From positions 1,216,001-1,280,000 of the forward strand of contig CAVWPA010000003.1 in the NCBI GenBank assembly GCA_963756875.1: 64,000 nucleotides of DNA. The letters run 5' to 3'. The notes under the pieces are model-generated. The model was not told where the DNA came from and searched no databases. It saw nothing but the letters and a program-made list of their open reading frames with translations. This DNA is from an uncultured Verrucomicrobiae bacterium (GTDB taxonomy: Bacteria > Verrucomicrobiota > Verrucomicrobiia > Chthoniobacterales > UBA10450). Position 1 is the stretch's first letter; each line of letters begins with the position of its first letter. Shown in pieces: positions 61,813 to 64,000 of this stretch. Both the position numbers and the translations under genes were made by a program.

Positions 61813-61861
61813 TTCGCGCAAGTTAACCGCTGCTACTGTGGCTGCGGCACCGCGCGATTTC

Positions 61862-61930
61862 GAATTGTAGGGCGGGCGCTTCGCCTGCCAGACCAATTAG
61901 ACGGCAAGCGATGCGCTTGCCCTACAATTC
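61862..61930. repeat. Family C palindrome, intergenic
   Basis: GAATTGTAGGGC...GCCCTACAATTC. Confidence 0.85.
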
Positions 61931-61980
61931 CACGGCTACAGGTCAAATCGTCGTCGTTGTTATTATTTTTGAAGGAACCA

Positions 61981-62898
61981 ATGAAATATTTGCCTCTAGT
62001 TTTCTGGCTCGTTTGCGCCGTGTGCGCGCTGGGCGCGAGTAGCCGGGCTTACGGTCACGGCTTCGCCGGTCCACGCTTTTTTCCGGCCACCCTCTCCACC
62101 GACGACCCGTTTGTCGCCGACGAGCTTTCATTGCCAACCGTTTCCAGCATCGTCACGCCGGACGACGGCGGTACGCGCGACACGGAAATTTCGTCCGATA
62201 TCGCGCTGCGCATCACGCCGAACTGGGATATCGAGTTTGGCGAGACGTTCATCACGCTCAATCCTTCACAGGGCAGGGCGACGAACGGTTTCGACAATCT
62301 CTCCATCGGATCGAAATACGAGTTCTATAAGAACGACGACCACGAAGCCGTGGTCTCAATTGGCCTCGACATAGACGTTGGCGGCACCGGAAGCGATCAA
62401 GTAGCAGATCCTTTTACAACGTGGACGCCGGGCCTGTTCTTTGGCAAAGGCCTGGGCGATTTGCCGCAGGAATTGTCGTTGGTGAGACCGGTTGCAATCA
62501 CTGGTCTGGTTGGCGTCGCTATCCCGAGCAGTGCGAGCACGGATGGATCGCCAAACCCTGCTTCGTTGCAATTGGGCTTTGCCTTCGAATACAGCCTGAT
62601 TTACTTACAGGAACAGGTCAAAGACATCGGCCTGCGCGCCCCATTCGACCGCTTGATTCCACTCGTAGAGGTTGCCCTGGACGATCCAGTCAACCGCGGA
62701 CAGGACGGCCTCGTTACGGGCACGGTTAATCCAGGCGTTATCTGGTCTGGCAAATACTTTCAAGTCGGCGCCGAAGCGGTGATTCCCATCAATTCGCGCA
62801 CTGGCAACGACGTCGGATTTATTGCACAGCTGCACTTTTATCTGGACGACCTTTTCCCGCACAGCCTGGGCCGTCCGTTCTTCGAAGGAAACAAATGA
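61981..62898 (+). CDS. Putative outer-membrane beta-barrel, copper-associated
   Basis: Signal peptide ending AYG, then HGFAGPRFFPATL..DDPFVADE; GFDNLSIGSKYEF; amphipathic strands; ATGA overlap with copC. Confidence 0.7.
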   Translation: MKYLPLVFWLVCAVCALGASSRAYGHGFAGPRFFPATLSTDDPFVADELSLPTVSSIVTPDDGGTRDTEISSDIALRITPNWDIEFGETFITLNPSQGRATNGFDNLSIGSKYEFYKNDDHEAVVSIGLDIDVGGTGSDQVADPFTTWTPGLFFGKGLGDLPQELSLVRPVAITGLVGVAIPSSASTDGSPNPASLQLGFAFEYSLIYLQEQVKDIGLRAPFDRLIPLVEVALDDPVNRGQDGLVTGTVNPGVIWSGKYFQVGAEAVIPINSRTGNDVGFIAQLHFYLDDLFPHSLGRPFFEGNK

Positions 62899-63254
62899 AA
62901 CGGATTATCCTTAGCTTGTTTCTAATTATTCTCGCTGGCTCAGTTCGGCTTGAAGCGCACGCTTTTCTTAAAAGCGCGGAACCGCGGGTAGGCAGCAGGG
63001 TGCAGACATCGCCGAAAGAGATTCGAATTCGATTTACAGAAAATCTCAAACCAGCGTCAAGCAGGATCCGGGTCTTCAACGCTTCTGGGAATGAAGTGGA
63101 CAAGCGTGACGTGCATCTGGACCCGTCGGACCGCGCCCTGCTGCGCGTTTCTCTGCCACGTCTCGAAGCGGGAACTTACAAAGTCATCTGGCGGGCAGTC
63201 TCGATCGACGCGCACGTGACAAAAGGAAGCTTTACATTCCGGATCGTTCGTTAG
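62895..63254 (+). CDS. copC: Copper-binding periplasmic protein
   Basis: Signal, then HAFLKSAEP (His1), F.E, L..GTYKVIWRAVSIDAHVTKGSFTF. Confidence 0.93.
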   Translation: MKRIILSLFLIILAGSVRLEAHAFLKSAEPRVGSRVQTSPKEIRIRFTENLKPASSRIRVFNASGNEVDKRDVHLDPSDRALLRVSLPRLEAGTYKVIWRAVSIDAHVTKGSFTFRIVR

Positions 63255-63304
63255 GCTCCGGTGCTGGGTGGAACCAATGGGGGCGCCATTCAACGCTCGC
63301 GTCG

Positions 63305-64000
63305 CTACGGCGTGGTGACCTTCAGCCGCATGAAGCGAGCCTGTCCGGGACTGTTGGGATCGTATGGAACGGTGTCGCGCACTTCGACGGAGAAATTCGG
63401 CGCCACGCCGGTTTCACCGACAAAGCCGAGGCCTGTGGTCGGCGCACCATGGATACTCGTGCCCACGTCTGTCCATGAAAGAAGATCGCTTGAGACCTGC
63501 ACAGTATATGTCAGATCGATGGCGAGCGATGAGCGGTAGAACGTCATCGATAAATATTTCGTTCCGCTGTAATCCTTCAACGTCACCACCGGCAGCCCAT
63601 TCAAACTTGCGACCGTTGGATCCAGCCCGAGCGCGTATTCCATCAGATTGGTCAACCCGTCGTGATCGTAATCGTAGTTGAGCGCGGCGTCGCCTCCAGT
63701 CAGTCCGAAGCTTGCAATGTAATTGTCCGCGTGGGTTGCAGTCGTTAGGGAGAAAGTCTGCATCGCGTCCGGCAAGACGCCGTTGGTGGCAGTGACGGTA
63801 ATGTTCGAAAAGGTTCCCGTGCCGCCCGATTTTGCCGTTCCGGAGAGAACGCCAGCCGCCGAGAGAGAAAGACCGGATGGAAGAGATACCACCCGTTAGG
63901 CCGAAGATCGGTGTCGGATTGCCACCCGCAATAAACGTGAAACTATATGGTGAACCGACGATCACCGGAGATGGAGGCGGCCCGTTGAGAATGGCCGGCG
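63305..64000 (-). CDS. C-terminus of a large surface protein with putative Ig repeats (5' part outside window; frameshift near 63895)
   Basis: LPSGLSLSAAGVLSGT...ITVTATNG Ig unit; DYDHDGLTNLMEYALGLDP...YTVQVSSDLLSW...RFMRLKVT terminal domain. Confidence 0.75.

Overview
This 64 kb GC-rich bacterial window is mostly core genome. Gene content and protein families suggest Verrucomicrobiota, probably Chthoniobacterales/Spartobacteria (inference, no database search). Core genes: PBP2 3' end, RNase E/G, thiH-thiS, nfeD, dnaG-rpoD, ribD, recA, alaS, hldD, cobalamin riboswitch + btuB-like receptor, rmuC, ctpA, tsaD, ispA, tRNA-Thr-tuf-tRNA-Trp-secE-nusG-rplK (no rplA follows), a sirtuin, transporters and peptidases. 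Four things stand out. (1) A 4.3 kb element (tyrosine integrase, HTH, HUH rolling-circle Rep) sits in tRNA-Arg(CCT) and duplicates the tRNA 5' half rather than the usual 3' half. (2) Several REP-like palindrome families occur intergenically and also in-frame inside alaS, tsaD, a phosphodiesterase and two signal peptides, as Rickettsia palindromic elements do. (3) A CXXC / C-terminal PPPRL small protein precedes a His1 beta-barrel and copC, resembling CutF/CruR copper-sensing ribosome-arrest leaders. (4) Three tandem small outer-membrane barrels each have TTGAC 35-36 nt before the start codon, suggesting leaderless mRNAs. Scattered single-base frameshifts suggest long-read consensus errors, so pseudogene calls are tentative.
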